A stretch of DNA of 64,000 nucleotides from Candidatus Microgenomates bacterium (GCA_049519355.1 JBEKQV010000002.1:3479-67478), one strand, 5' to 3'. Counted from the first letter of the stretch, positions 41,236 to 51,247 are shown. Notes: generated by a model from the letters alone, not told the origin. Translations and numbers: made by a program.

Positions 41236-41268
41236 AAAAAAGCAACCCCCACATGTGGTGGGAGTTGC
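41236..41268 (-). terminator. Intrinsic terminator
   Basis: GCAACTCCC/GGGGGTTGC followed by TTTTTT. Confidence 0.8.
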
Positions 41269-41551
41269 CGAATAATCAGTTCCAATTTCAGTGCTTTTGA
41301 AACTCTAATCGGCTTATTAAAAAATTAAAATCTAATTAAGATAAAGTTTGCAAAAGACTTGGAAAAAGATAAATTCTTTAAGTTTTAATTGCGTTCACCC
41401 TCTTTAAGAGTGTGCATATTTTGATAATAACACCCGAAGCTTAGAAAATGCTTAAGCGGAATATGGAGGGAACGGTTGAAGTAATAACTTGGTGCACCTT
41501 TCATTTCTTGTCGCTTTCTTTGACAAAAAACAATTGGTGCACCCGGGCAGG

Positions 41552-41734
41552 TTAATGGCCGACGGCCTCGTTGAAAAATCTTCGGCCGCTCTTGGCCTGT
41601 GTGGGGCATTCCATGCTCGTTTGGTGATGGCGCGAAAGTCCGTGTCCGCAGTTGGCGCAAATCGGACCTTCGCCGTTCACCTTAACGCGCTTGGAGCTCG
41701 GCTTTCGCCTTGCACCCCGGAAAAGATTGAACAT
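41552..41734 (-). CDS. Small basic Cys/His (Zn-binding-like) orphan protein, 60 aa
   Basis: CANCGH...HH...C; AAGGAAGG RBS; own promoter. Confidence 0.7.
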   Translation of the reverse strand: MFNLFRGARRKPSSKRVKVNGEGPICANCGHGLSRHHQTSMECPTQAKSGRRFFNEAVGH

Positions 41735-41782
41735 CGCTACCTTCCTTTCTTGGACGGTGAGAAAAATAACCTACTGGCGCGG

Positions 41783-41811
41783 ATGTTATCATGGTGAGGC
41801 ACGAATGTCAA
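41783..41811 (-). promoter_or_regulatory. sigma70 promoter
   Basis: TTGACA-17bp-TAACAT. Confidence 0.7.
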
Positions 41812-41829
41812 GACTATAAGATATAACTA

Positions 41830-42120
41830 TTACTGTGTGGGGTCAACGGCCTTTTGGTTTATGCCGTTGTCAACCTGCGTGTTTTCACTTCCGAGGCTAT
41901 TGAGATTTGTTGTAACCGAGTTAAGATCATTATTTATTTGTGCGTTGGAGTTTCCGCCTCCGCTGGTTACCACCGGTTGACTTATGGTTCCCGCGGGAGT
42001 TACGGGAACAGTCGGAGCTAGTACCGTGCCCGAGTTTCTCTTTAGGGCAAATGTTCCGATTACAATCGCCGCCAAAATGAGTAGCGCTCCGATTATGTAT
42101 TTTGATATTCCTTTTCCCAT
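41830..42120 (-). CDS. Single-TM hypothetical protein
   Basis: N-terminal TM, short coiled-coil tail. Confidence 0.65.
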   Translation of the reverse strand: MGKGISKYIIGALLILAAIVIGTFALKRNSGTVLAPTVPVTPAGTISQPVVTSGGGNSNAQINNDLNSVTTNLNSLGSENTQVDNGINQKAVDPTQ

Positions 42121-42121
42121 A

Positions 42122-42844
42122 TTATTTAAGTCCGGCCACAATCAGCTTAGCGTCAACAACAGCCGCTTTCAAATCACTTGTAGCCGTCTTTATTTTTGTC
42201 CTTGCGTCTTTAAGCGGAGTTGCCGAGCCGGGATAACTGGAAGGCGTAAGATTCACAATTTCGTTTAATGCAGCAGTCGCTTGCGACTGAGCGTCAGAAA
42301 TCTTTGCGTTCATATCATTCAAAAATCCCTGCAGATCGGAAACACTTTTTCCGCTTGTTTGTAAGGCGGTTATTCTTGTCTGGAGTTTTCCGGCGATGGC
42401 CGTCAAATTTGTTGCCGCGGTTTGGATAATGTCGGTTGAAATAATTTCATGAATTTGAGGAAGAAATACCGCATAAACCCTGTAATCGGTAAAAAGCGAT
42501 TTGGCATCCGCCGTAAGTGTCGGCAAATCGGAATCCGCATCAATTTTGGTCTTGAGCGCACTTAAATTTGTAATATCGGTTTGGACTTCCGTTGTGAATG
42601 TATTTTTTTGATCATCAGTCAACCTTTTAACCGCTCCGATTCTTGTTATGGCTTCATTAAGGGAATTAAGTCTGGCGGTGATTTCACCATCAGCACGGGT
42701 TTTAATAATCGTCATTCTGGCCCCGGAAAGGAGTCCCGCTTTTGTCGCCGTAGTCGGAGATTGTGAAAAAACTCTTGTATTAAAAGAAGCGATAGATCCG
42801 AGTGCAATAAAACTTGCGGCCAGTAATTTAATATTCATTTCCAA
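42122..42844 (-). CDS. Secreted helical/coiled-coil protein
   Basis: Signal peptide, YRVYAVFLPQ motif, heptad pattern. Confidence 0.75.
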   Translation of the reverse strand: MEMNIKLLAASFIALGSIASFNTRVFSQSPTTATKAGLLSGARMTIIKTRADGEITARLNSLNEAITRIGAVKRLTDDQKNTFTTEVQTDITNLSALKTKIDADSDLPTLTADAKSLFTDYRVYAVFLPQIHEIISTDIIQTAATNLTAIAGKLQTRITALQTSGKSVSDLQGFLNDMNAKISDAQSQATAALNEIVNLTPSSYPGSATPLKDARTKIKTATSDLKAAVVDAKLIVAGLK

Positions 42845-42939
42845 TATTTAGATTAGCACATGACGTCAAACGGTTCAACTTTGGTGAAATTGCAAATTGA
42901 CAGTCAATAAAAAATGTGTAAAGTGGAAAAAAATAACTT

Positions 42940-43161
42940 ATGCCGCATCTTGAAAGAGAAGGATCAATTGTTGATGGTACCGAACACAAAACGGGAGACA
43001 ACAAGTCGGCCGCCGCGCAAAGAGCGCATGCACTTCTGAGGGAGCACCCGGATATGTATGATGAAGTTGCGGATGCTAAAGGTCCGGCCTGTCCGAGCAA
43101 GAAACGTACCATTGTGATAAATCTTCCCAGATACGTTACCAAGGACATAGTCATTAGGTAA
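42940..43161 (+). CDS. Hypothetical protein
   Basis: ORF after TTGACA promoter-like site. Confidence 0.5.
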   Translation: MPHLEREGSIVDGTEHKTGDNKSAAAQRAHALLREHPDMYDEVADAKGPACPSKKRTIVINLPRYVTKDIVIR

Positions 43162-43190
43162 CCAAATCCCGTAAGTGGTAAAATACCTTC

Positions 43191-43529
43191 ATGCCTGAAA
43201 TTGAAGTCACAACCGATAGCGCCAACCGCGCCACATTCAAATTTAATATCTTGCTCGGGGAGAGCTCCATGGGACTTACTAAAACAAACATGCGGGTTTC
43301 AACGGCGATGTCATATATCAGTAGTTTCAGACGTACCGAAAGTGTTCTCGGCGCGCAGGGATATAGACAGAAAGCGGAGGCGACTCTTGCCCGGATTATG
43401 CCCGCAGAAAGAGCTAATGAAATGATAGAGGCGGTAATAAACAACGCCGTCGGTACAAAGGCAACAATTGTTATGCGCGGCGAGACGGAAGAGCAAGGAT
43501 TTATTTTTAAGAGTCTCGAAAGGCCTTAG
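43191..43529 (+). CDS. Hypothetical protein
   Basis: ORF only. Confidence 0.5.
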   Translation: MPEIEVTTDSANRATFKFNILLGESSMGLTKTNMRVSTAMSYISSFRRTESVLGAQGYRQKAEATLARIMPAERANEMIEAVINNAVGTKATIVMRGETEEQGFIFKSLERP

Positions 43530-43532
43530 GCG

Positions 43533-44051
43533 ATGAAAAATTTTCTTCTTTCTGTTCTTTTTCTTATTCTCTTCGGTGAAGTTCTGACTTTATATATAAT
43601 GCATAGCAACGCGTCCCCAAAAAAAGTTTTGGGTGAAACGACAGTTGAGGTTTCTCCTTCGCCGGCTCTAATGCCGACGGAATCTCCTTCGCCTACGCCT
43701 TCCCCCACTCCAAAACCTACTCCCAAACCAACCCCCACCCCCATTCCCCAACCCACATTCACCTCACAGCAAATTAACGGATTTATTGACCAATTTTCAA
43801 GTCAATATGAAATAGATCCGAACGTTGTTAGGCATATTGCACTTTGTGAATCGAGTTTTAACGCCTTTGCCCGTCAGGGAGTTTATGCGGGACTTTTTCA
43901 ATTCGGTCCGGCTACTTGGAGAAGCATTAGGGCCGAAATGGGACTTTCCACCAATATCAACTTGCGCTATAATGCAGAAGAAGCCGTGCGGACCGCTGCG
44001 TACGCCATCAGTCTTGGCGAGCGCTTCAAGTGGCCCAATTGTAATCCGTAA
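43533..44051 (+). CDS. Membrane-anchored lytic transglycosylase (SLT/Rpf-like)
   Basis: IALCES, GLFQF..TW, Pro/Thr linker. Confidence 0.8.
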   Translation: MKNFLLSVLFLILFGEVLTLYIMHSNASPKKVLGETTVEVSPSPALMPTESPSPTPSPTPKPTPKPTPTPIPQPTFTSQQINGFIDQFSSQYEIDPNVVRHIALCESSFNAFARQGVYAGLFQFGPATWRSIRAEMGLSTNINLRYNAEEAVRTAAYAISLGERFKWPNCNP

Positions 44052-44117
44052 GGTCTCACCTTCGTCATTTTGAAACTAATTGGTAAAAGTGTAGGATCAG
44101 AAAAGGGGGTGAGGATT

Positions 44118-44264
44118 ATGACACAAAAGACAGAATACCACCTTGGTCAGTGGGATTTAGTTGGATATTACATTTCCGTTGTATTTTCGCTCGGTGGAAC
44201 ATGGATTTTAAAAACAATCATCGCGAAGGCAATAACCGATGCATTGAAAAATCAGGGAGAATAA
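44118..44264 (+). CDS. Small membrane peptide
   Basis: GAGG RBS, one hydrophobic segment. Confidence 0.5.
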   Translation: MTQKTEYHLGQWDLVGYYISVVFSLGGTWILKTIIAKAITDALKNQGE

Positions 44265-44293
44265 TAATTTTTTTGCGAAAGATAAATGTCAAC

Positions 44294-44560
44294 TTAAATC
44301 TTCCAAATCGTGAGGAGCTTGAAGACTGTAAACGCGGGCCAGACAATGGCTCTTAATATTCCCCAAAGATAATCTTTGAAAGTCACTGCGTGCTGAAGGA
44401 AATAAAACAGTGCGCCTATAAACCCAAATCCGTAGAGTGCTCCCCCGCCGCCACCTCCCCCATGGTAGTGATGATGATGGTGGCGGTCTTTGCAATCATC
44501 ACAATCGCAATCCTTGCAATCGCAGTGTTTGTTTTCCTTTTCCGTCTCGTCCTTGTTCAT
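44294..44560 (-). CDS. Cys/His/Gly-rich small membrane protein
   Basis: HCDCKDCDCDDC-HHHHHYH-G7, then two TM segments. Confidence 0.7.
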   Translation of the reverse strand: MNKDETEKENKHCDCKDCDCDDCKDRHHHHHYHGGGGGGGALYGFGFIGALFYFLQHAVTFKDYLWGILRAIVWPAFTVFKLLTIWKI

Positions 44561-44626
44561 ATTTATACTCTACAACTAAATATCAAGATATTCAAATAAT
44601 GTTCGGTTGTGCTAATATAGCGCCAA

Positions 44627-45058
44627 ATGGCAGTAGAAAATGAAGCGGATAAAAACAATGAGGTTATTGAGATACTTCTTAATGAACTCGGCGTCAGAAG
44701 AAGTACGACTACAGAGAGTTGGGATGTGGAGGAAGATTCGTTAAGAAATGCCGAACGCGCACATTTTGCTCTGGGCAGGTTGGTGGCACGGGATCCCGGA
44801 AAGCTTCCGGAGGTAATTAATGGGCTAGTCAAAAAGGCCGAATATTTTGAATCAATAAAATATATAGAAGACAAAAGCGAAAGGTGGGTTGATGCAGCTT
44901 TGTCCTTAAAAATTTTGACGAGTGTCGTACTTGGAATTGGGGAACCCGCACTTCCTCTTCTTTCGGGGAAGAAAGAAAAGACTGCAAAATCTCTGGCCCG
45001 AAAGCTCCGGAATGAAATCAGAACCGAGAAGATCCGCAAGTTCTTCGGAGGACAATAA
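44627..45058 (+). CDS. Hypothetical helical protein
   Basis: ORF only. Confidence 0.55.
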   Translation: MAVENEADKNNEVIEILLNELGVRRSTTTESWDVEEDSLRNAERAHFALGRLVARDPGKLPEVINGLVKKAEYFESIKYIEDKSERWVDAALSLKILTSVVLGIGEPALPLLSGKKEKTAKSLARKLRNEIRTEKIRKFFGGQ

Positions 45059-45066
45059 ATTATTTA

Positions 45067-45345
45067 ATGCCTGAGCAAAAGTTCAACAGAAAAACTGATG
45101 CGGAAAAACTTGCCGCAATAAATGAGTTGTATAAAACTCCTGTACAAACCGAGGCGGGTGAACTTTGGCGCCTGGTAAGAGGACTAAAAATGATGAAGGA
45201 CCTTAATGTCTCATTCGAAGGCCGCGGAATGGATGAGGAGAAATGGAATGCCTACTTTCAAGAAAAATCCGAAGAACTAAGAAAAAAGTCCCCGGTTCTT
45301 TACGACAATCTATTTAAAGAACCAATAGACGAAGCCGATGGCTAA
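45067..45345 (+). CDS. Hypothetical protein
   Basis: ORF only. Confidence 0.55.
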   Translation: MPEQKFNRKTDAEKLAAINELYKTPVQTEAGELWRLVRGLKMMKDLNVSFEGRGMDEEKWNAYFQEKSEELRKKSPVLYDNLFKEPIDEADG

Positions 45346-45506
45346 AAGGGCAAAAATGGTTCCAATGACAAGAGAAGAAATTGATAAAAAACCAGCTCCC
45401 CAAAGAGTCGGAATTAATCCTCCGACTACCGATCCGATTACCGCTGCCGCGTAGTAGGCACCTTTGGAATGCATGATTTATTTTAACAGAGTTGTATAAT
45501 TCGGGT

Positions 45507-45665
45507 ATGGCAATTAACCGGGAGTGGCATTTGAAGAATAGAATGCCAAAAAATCCGACCGAAGAAGAAAGGGCAAGGTGGCATGAAGCTCATATCGAAA
45601 ACTGTAATTGCTACCCCGTAACTGCGAATATTAAGAATCTTGTTGCCAAATTTGACAAGGGGTAA
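45507..45665 (+). CDS. 52-aa His/Cys protein (not in ORF track)
   Basis: MAINREWHLKNRMPKNPTEEERARWHEAHIENCNC...; TATAAT 6 nt upstream of ATG. Confidence 0.65.
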   Translation: MAINREWHLKNRMPKNPTEEERARWHEAHIENCNCYPVTANIKNLVAKFDKG

Positions 45666-45678
45666 TATACTTTTCCCA

Positions 45679-46320
45679 GTGAATAAGAAAATATTAATTG
45701 CAATAGTTGCGATATTAGTTATTGCCGTAGGAGGTTACGGTATTTATAGAGTCGTTAAACACTTCAATAGGGTTGCATCAACCCCGGCCGTTCAAACACA
45801 AACCGCGGCAAACACTCCTACACAAAGCCTCAGAGATCTAATCGCACAAGGTGTTTCCCAAAGCTGTACCTACAGCACCGAAAATAGTCACGGAATGATT
45901 TATTTGGGTGGAGGAAAAATCAGGGGAGATTTTGTCGTACCGGGAGTACAGCAAAACGGCCAGCCGACAAATGCGCACATGATTATCATGAATAACATGA
46001 ATTATCTTTGGACCGACGGAATAAAAACCGGAATGAAAGTGGCTTTTGATGAAAATGCCACGCCAAACCCGCAGGCCACGCCAAACACAAATTTTGATGC
46101 AAATGCCAAATTAAATTTTAAATGCAGTCCTTGGGTAGTGGATGCAACCATGTTTACGCTTCCGACCGGAATCAGTTTTATGACGGTTAGTGCACCGGCC
46201 GCCCCAACTTCGGGATCTCCCGCAAGTTCATCCGGATCAAGTACTTCAGCCTGTTCGTATTGCAATGCTCTTTCGGGAGATAAGAAGACGCAGTGTCTCA
46301 CAGCTTTGAACTGTCAGTAA
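45679..46320 (+). CDS. Membrane-anchored exported protein
   Basis: GTG start, TM, SQSCTY, FKCSPW..FTLP, Cys tail. Confidence 0.75.
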   Translation: MNKKILIAIVAILVIAVGGYGIYRVVKHFNRVASTPAVQTQTAANTPTQSLRDLIAQGVSQSCTYSTENSHGMIYLGGGKIRGDFVVPGVQQNGQPTNAHMIIMNNMNYLWTDGIKTGMKVAFDENATPNPQATPNTNFDANAKLNFKCSPWVVDATMFTLPTGISFMTVSAPAAPTSGSPASSSGSSTSACSYCNALSGDKKTQCLTALNCQ

Positions 46321-46354
46321 TCTTCAGGTATAATTACATCTGTTATTGGTACAT

Positions 46355-46428
46355 GGACGCTTAGCTCAGTTGGTCAGAGCGCATTCTTGACGTGAATGAG
46401 GTCGAGGGTTCGAGCCCCCCAGCGTCCA
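46355..46428 (+). tRNA. tRNA-Val(GAC)
   Basis: Cloverleaf, anticodon GAC. Confidence 0.95.
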
Positions 46429-46467
46429 CTCTTCAAATACTCATTTTGGTGGTAAAATCCGCTACAT

Positions 46468-47211
46468 ATGGTCGAAAGAGTTTTGCCGATAGATTTACTG
46501 ATCGGCTGGTTTAAAAGAAACGAGATAAAAGGAGCTCTTGTCGACCTTGATGACACACTTCTTGACACAAACGCTCATTTTGGCAAGTGGATAGACCGGT
46601 ATGTTTCTGCGGTAGTTGAGAAAAACCCAAATTTGGATTGGCGAGAGGTCATGGCAAAGCTGGTGGAAACAAATAACAGGCTTTACGAAACGGAATCCGT
46701 GCGCAGGAGAAAGTTGGCGATGGTTGCGAAAGAACTTGATAATGTCTTCGGCACTTACCCGACTTTTGTCAAACATGCGGATATAGTTGGTCAAATATAC
46801 CGTAAAGTTCCTCTGGAGTTGGAAGGTGCCCGGCAAACTCTTGAGATGTTCAGAGCCGCCGGAATACAGATGGGGCTGGTTACCCATGCCAATAGAGGTT
46901 GGACCGAAAAGAAGTTGTATGAACATAATTTAAATCATTTTTTTTCGCATGTTGTGATTGTTGATGAGGCCAAATTTAAAGGTCCGAAAGACTGGCTGAC
47001 GGCCGCAAAATCTTTACGTTTAGACCCGGAGGAAATCTTATTTATAGGGGATAACTTGAGGGGCGATATTATGGCCGCTTATGAAATCGGAGCCAGACGT
47101 GTAGTTTGGATCGAGTCCCCCTGGTCGGTATATAGGGAAGGTGAAGTCCCTGAGGGTGTCATACAGGTTAAAAGTATAAAAGAAGTGATACCGGCCTTAA
47201 TTAACGGATAA
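46468..47211 (+). CDS. HAD-superfamily hydrolase
   Basis: DLDDTL, IGDN..DI. Confidence 0.85.
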   Translation: MVERVLPIDLLIGWFKRNEIKGALVDLDDTLLDTNAHFGKWIDRYVSAVVEKNPNLDWREVMAKLVETNNRLYETESVRRRKLAMVAKELDNVFGTYPTFVKHADIVGQIYRKVPLELEGARQTLEMFRAAGIQMGLVTHANRGWTEKKLYEHNLNHFFSHVVIVDEAKFKGPKDWLTAAKSLRLDPEEILFIGDNLRGDIMAAYEIGARRVVWIESPWSVYREGEVPEGVIQVKSIKEVIPALING

Positions 47212-47841
47212 TTATCCTGCCGATCTTGAAAGGTAATGGTCCGGAGACAAAAGGAAGCTGCTTCCTTTCTTTTTATATGTGTTCCAGTAATTTTTCTTCT
47301 CGGCCCGTTTATTTGAGCTTTGAAGCCAGGTAGCTGCTAAATCGATTTTTCTTCTGAAAGACTGTAAGAATTCCAAAACATTTTGGAAGAATAGTACATG
47401 GTAGATTCCGGGTTCCGTAGGCGCCGACATCATGGCAACTTGAGTCACCTCGGCCAGATTTTCCGTACTTTGAGAAACTTTTTGAACTTCTTGCATCAAG
47501 GCCTGAAGCTGGACCCTAAGCTCGTTGCTTTTTTCCGAATTAACCCGTTTTTCATCAGTAGAAAGATGCCTTTCTAGAGAAATTTGTGCTCTTAACTTTT
47601 TATTTTCCTCTTCTTTACCGCTTAATACCTGACTAATTTCGAGTGATTCTCCCGGAGAAATTTCGCCGCTCCTTTTTACATTGGGAGCCGAAAAGCCCAT
47701 TAGCTCTCTGAAAAAATCCTCGGAAGTGTCTTTAAGGAGATCCCCTGTTTGGGCAACGGTTCCCGTTCCCAAGTCTTTGAGGGATTCAAGCACGTTCTGC
47801 TTAGTAATAATTTGCTGAGCCTTCTTCTTTTGGTCCGTCAT
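47212..47841 (-). CDS. Conserved CPR hypothetical protein (DUF5660-like)
   Basis: PGIYH..F, WL, YW..YKK.GSSFLLS motifs. Confidence 0.6.
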   Translation of the reverse strand: MTDQKKKAQQIITKQNVLESLKDLGTGTVAQTGDLLKDTSEDFFRELMGFSAPNVKRSGEISPGESLEISQVLSGKEEENKKLRAQISLERHLSTDEKRVNSEKSNELRVQLQALMQEVQKVSQSTENLAEVTQVAMMSAPTEPGIYHVLFFQNVLEFLQSFRRKIDLAATWLQSSNKRAEKKNYWNTYKKKGSSFLLSPDHYLSRSAG

Positions 47842-47851
47842 TTCGCCGATT

Positions 47852-48733
47852 CTAGCTCAACTTTATCAGGAAGTCCAGCGCGGCGCGCCTCTTAAGAATT
47901 GACTCAAGAAGGCGTTTGCGGCTTTCAATATCTTCGGGAGCCTCTTCTTTTACTTGGGCTGCCGATTGGGACATTCCCAGTGCCGAGTCAACTTCCTTAG
48001 GATCGATTTTTATTCCTTCGGCCTCCGCAATTTTACTTAAAATCAGGTCAAGTGAGATTGCATCTTGTGCTTGTCTGGCATAATCGGCTCTAAGATCCTC
48101 AGGTTTTTTGCCGATTGAGGACAAATAACCCTCCAGCGCAAGCCCAAGCTTTTCGAGCCGGCTCAAAAGATTTGAAAGGCGTGAGTCTGCCTCATCCTCG
48201 ATTAGGATTCTAGGAATCTTGATTTTTACCGTTTCGAGCAAGGTTTTAACAACAACCTGCTCCTTTTCTTCGTTTGTAGGTTCTTTCTTTTCGGTAGGGG
48301 CGCCCTTGTCGGGAGTCCAGAGGTTTGATGCACGGGAAGCGCCCTCAACCGCCTTTTTGTAATCGCCAAGTATCACTTCCGGAAGCTCACAGGTTATCCC
48401 CCTGATTTGCCAAGATTCGTTTTCCTTAGCGCTTATGAGTTCAAATTTTGGGTAAACGGCGATTTTGAGTTTATTTTCGCTGATTGCTTCCGATAATGCC
48501 TTGGAGAGAATGTGACTTAAGGAACGTTCAATAAGCTGGCTCTGGGAAATTTTTTCCGCAACTTTACCCAGAGGCGCCATTCCTTTGCGGAAACCCGGAA
48601 TTTCGGTATCCTTTGCAAACTCTTTTACGGTTTCGTCCTCCGCGGCCTTAACTATCTGAAAAGGGATAGTAAAAGTGATCTGGATGTTTCCGTCGTCTTC
48701 ACGGGCTATAATTGAGGTAATTTTATCGGCCAT
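47852..48733 (-). CDS. tig: Trigger factor (no PPIase domain)
   Basis: IPGFRKGMAP; 293 aa. Confidence 0.88.
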   Translation of the reverse strand: MADKITSIIAREDDGNIQITFTIPFQIVKAAEDETVKEFAKDTEIPGFRKGMAPLGKVAEKISQSQLIERSLSHILSKALSEAISENKLKIAVYPKFELISAKENESWQIRGITCELPEVILGDYKKAVEGASRASNLWTPDKGAPTEKKEPTNEEKEQVVVKTLLETVKIKIPRILIEDEADSRLSNLLSRLEKLGLALEGYLSSIGKKPEDLRADYARQAQDAISLDLILSKIAEAEGIKIDPKEVDSALGMSQSAAQVKEEAPEDIESRKRLLESILKRRAALDFLIKLS

Positions 48734-48745
48734 GTGGCAATTATA

Positions 48746-48949
48746 CTACTTTCCCCCGCTTGTGCCACCCTTATGTTGCGTATGAAACGTGGATTGGTTG
48801 AACCTGCCCGTTTGGGCCGACTTGGGCATGGCATTCTTGTTTGACGAGAAAATCGACGGCCTCTTAAAGTTAAGACTTAAGGTCGGAATTTTGGGCGGTT
48901 CCGTGACTTTGATGGGCTTATCCGCAGGAAAAGCTTGCTTATTTGCCAT
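48746..48949 (-). CDS. Small basic hypothetical protein
   Basis: TATAAT upstream; FHTQHKGG tail. Confidence 0.5.
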   Translation of the reverse strand: MANKQAFPADKPIKVTEPPKIPTLSLNFKRPSIFSSNKNAMPKSAQTGRFNQSTFHTQHKGGTSGGK

Positions 48950-49063
48950 TTGACAATAATTATTATATACTACTTTCAGAGTTTTCAAGGGATAGTTGGG
49001 CTTCAAACTAAGCTCCGCCTTTGTTCAGACTTCAATCGAGAGGAGGTGAAATTTTAATTTACA

Positions 49064-49324
49064 ATGCAATCTAAACTTTTTATAGGAAATTTGGCGTGGG
49101 AAGTAACCGCCGATGATCTTAAAGCTCTTTTTGCCGGTGCAGGAACAGTAGTCGATGCAGCCGTCATAAGCGATAAGATGACCGGAAGAAGCCGCGGATT
49201 TGGTTTTATAACCATGTCAAGCGACGATGAGGCCAAAAAAGCTATCGAAATGTTCAATCAATACGATCTTAAAGGCCGCAAATTGAATGTTAACGTAGCC
49301 AGACCGATGGAACCAAGACAATAA
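49064..49324 (+). CDS. RRM RNA-binding protein
   Basis: LFIGNL (RNP2), RGFGFI (RNP1); AGGAGGTG RBS. Confidence 0.95.
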   Translation: MQSKLFIGNLAWEVTADDLKALFAGAGTVVDAAVISDKMTGRSRGFGFITMSSDDEAKKAIEMFNQYDLKGRKLNVNVARPMEPRQ

Positions 49325-49435
49325 AAGTCGTTGGTTTCGGAAGATAGAGATAAAACAGCCGGTTCGGCGGATTTTGAAAGAGTTACTATCTTTTTATTTG
49401 GTACTTCATTTGATCTTCATGTTAGAATCACCCGA

Positions 49436-50227
49436 ATGATTGAAAGTATGGAAATTAGGGACCGGATTATGTCCTCGTGGTTTGATAGACGAGTCGCGCG
49501 GTGGGTTATTTCAAGACTTCCGCTTCTGGAATTGGCAGGGACTCGCCCTGAATGTTCCATTTTTCAGATTGAGGGTACCGTTTTGCAACAAACAAATCCC
49601 TCAAAATGCGACGGCTCCGGAATTGTCGATAGACAAAAACTCGTAATTTCCGGCGGATTTGAGGGAACCAAAGGTCACATTCTTGCGTTAAAAGAGATGC
49701 ATGAAGTACGTATTTTGGATAATAGATTAGATGGCGCCCGTGTAGTTTTGTTGCTTGAACCTGATAGTTATATTAAGAAAATTAAACACAGGGAGCCTTT
49801 AGTTGCTTTGTCTCAAAGGGTAAACCTGTGGGCGACTTCGGGACTTGTGGATGCTGTTTTTGTAGCACCGGAATTATCAGATACAGAAAATATGCCTGCA
49901 AGATATGAACGTATTCACAAGGCCATAAGCCCGGCATTATGGTGTACAAATGTTGAAAATCCTCATTTTAAGGAAATTATTTCGCGTGGTGATGAAGTGA
50001 GTTACGGTTTGGTTAGACTGTTTATACACGAACCTTGGCCACATATATCATTTCTTACGGGAACTCGGGAGATGTCGGCTGAAGACGTCCGTGCGTCGCT
50101 TAGAAGATACATAGCTGGTTTAGTGGCAAACGGAGCAGGAAGATTTCAAATCCCCCATAACTTTTCGGAGGACGAACTGGAGGAAATAGTTGAACCTTAT
50201 TATCGGAAGTCGTCGAAGGGTTTGTAA
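49436..50227 (+). CDS. Cytidylyltransferase-like (degenerate HIGH) protein
   Basis: SGGFEG.KGH, D..I...K..P....R, VDAV. Confidence 0.55.
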   Translation: MIESMEIRDRIMSSWFDRRVARWVISRLPLLELAGTRPECSIFQIEGTVLQQTNPSKCDGSGIVDRQKLVISGGFEGTKGHILALKEMHEVRILDNRLDGARVVLLLEPDSYIKKIKHREPLVALSQRVNLWATSGLVDAVFVAPELSDTENMPARYERIHKAISPALWCTNVENPHFKEIISRGDEVSYGLVRLFIHEPWPHISFLTGTREMSAEDVRASLRRYIAGLVANGAGRFQIPHNFSEDELEEIVEPYYRKSSKGL

Positions 50228-50231
50228 CTGC

Positions 50232-51227
50232 TTACTTAAGATTTTCGTTGAAGAACTTAAGATTGTTTTCCACTACTTCATTCCAATTTGGTCTCATATT
50301 ATGATCGTTTCCCGGGTATTTGATATACGTAGCCGAAACGGTCGCCTCTTTTAGGCTTTGAGCGAGCTGGTCACTCCAAAAATACGGAACTTCGGTATCG
50401 GCCGTGCCCTGGTTGAGTTGAATCGTAGCCTTAATTTTAGTTAAGTAATTGGTAAGCGAGAATAAATTTGCATCATACGTATCCTCAAACGCGGCGAGCT
50501 GGGCAATTAAAAACTTTCCTTGGTCGTCGGATTCGTTTGTGTAAACAAGTACGGAATTCGGAAAAGGTCTGGAAACGGGAGCCCAAAGGGCTGTTGGATA
50601 GGTGACGCCGGTAATTTCCAGAGTGGTTAGGGCAATTTGCCCGCCGTTGCTGTGCGCCCAGACGAAAATATTTTTACCGTCCCAGTTTTTTATTGAGTTG
50701 ACCGATTTTAAAACTGAGGCTGCCGTAACATATGTTTGGAAGCGCGATTCAAAAGCATCGTTTGACGCCGGAGTGCTATCCGCATAACCTAGGAAATCCG
50801 GTGCAACCGTAATAAAACCGTTCTCCGCAAAAACCGTAGCCGCCGGTTGGGTTCCCTCCCCGATCGTATATTGATTTTGGTCAACATAGCCCCGATACAT
50901 GACTATTACGGGGAAAGTTCCTGTGCCTTTCGGAATATTAATAATTCCCGATGTGGTTTTCAAATTGTCAGAAAAGTCGGGTGAAAATGCAAGTGAAAAT
51001 TCATAAGAAGTGAACTTGGGGTTATCGCTGAGTAGTTTTCCGATAACTATCTGGGAAGGTTTGAAGGATGCAGTTGACAGGTTTTCGATCGAGTACTTAA
51101 GAAGCGGGGTGGGTTTAATTTGGCTCAACGGGTTTGAGTTTTTGGGTAAATGGTATGCAGTATTTGCAAACCAGCCGATAAGGGCAAATACAATCGCAAT
51201 CAGCAAATAATTCAAGAGGTTCCTCAC
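50232..51227 (-). CDS. Membrane-anchored alpha/beta hydrolase (S9-like)
   Basis: AHSNGG, GTAD, DNH catalytic triad. Confidence 0.85.
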   Translation of the reverse strand: MRNLLNYLLIAIVFALIGWFANTAYHLPKNSNPLSQIKPTPLLKYSIENLSTASFKPSQIVIGKLLSDNPKFTSYEFSLAFSPDFSDNLKTTSGIINIPKGTGTFPVIVMYRGYVDQNQYTIGEGTQPAATVFAENGFITVAPDFLGYADSTPASNDAFESRFQTYVTAASVLKSVNSIKNWDGKNIFVWAHSNGGQIALTTLEITGVTYPTALWAPVSRPFPNSVLVYTNESDDQGKFLIAQLAAFEDTYDANLFSLTNYLTKIKATIQLNQGTADTEVPYFWSDQLAQSLKEATVSATYIKYPGNDHNMRPNWNEVVENNLKFFNENLK

Positions 51228-51247
51228 AAATATATTCTACTCTTTAG

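Noticed and set aside
45338-45454. 38-aa ORF ending in AAA (ssrA-like degron)
   Set aside because: No tmRNA structure around it and too little support for coding
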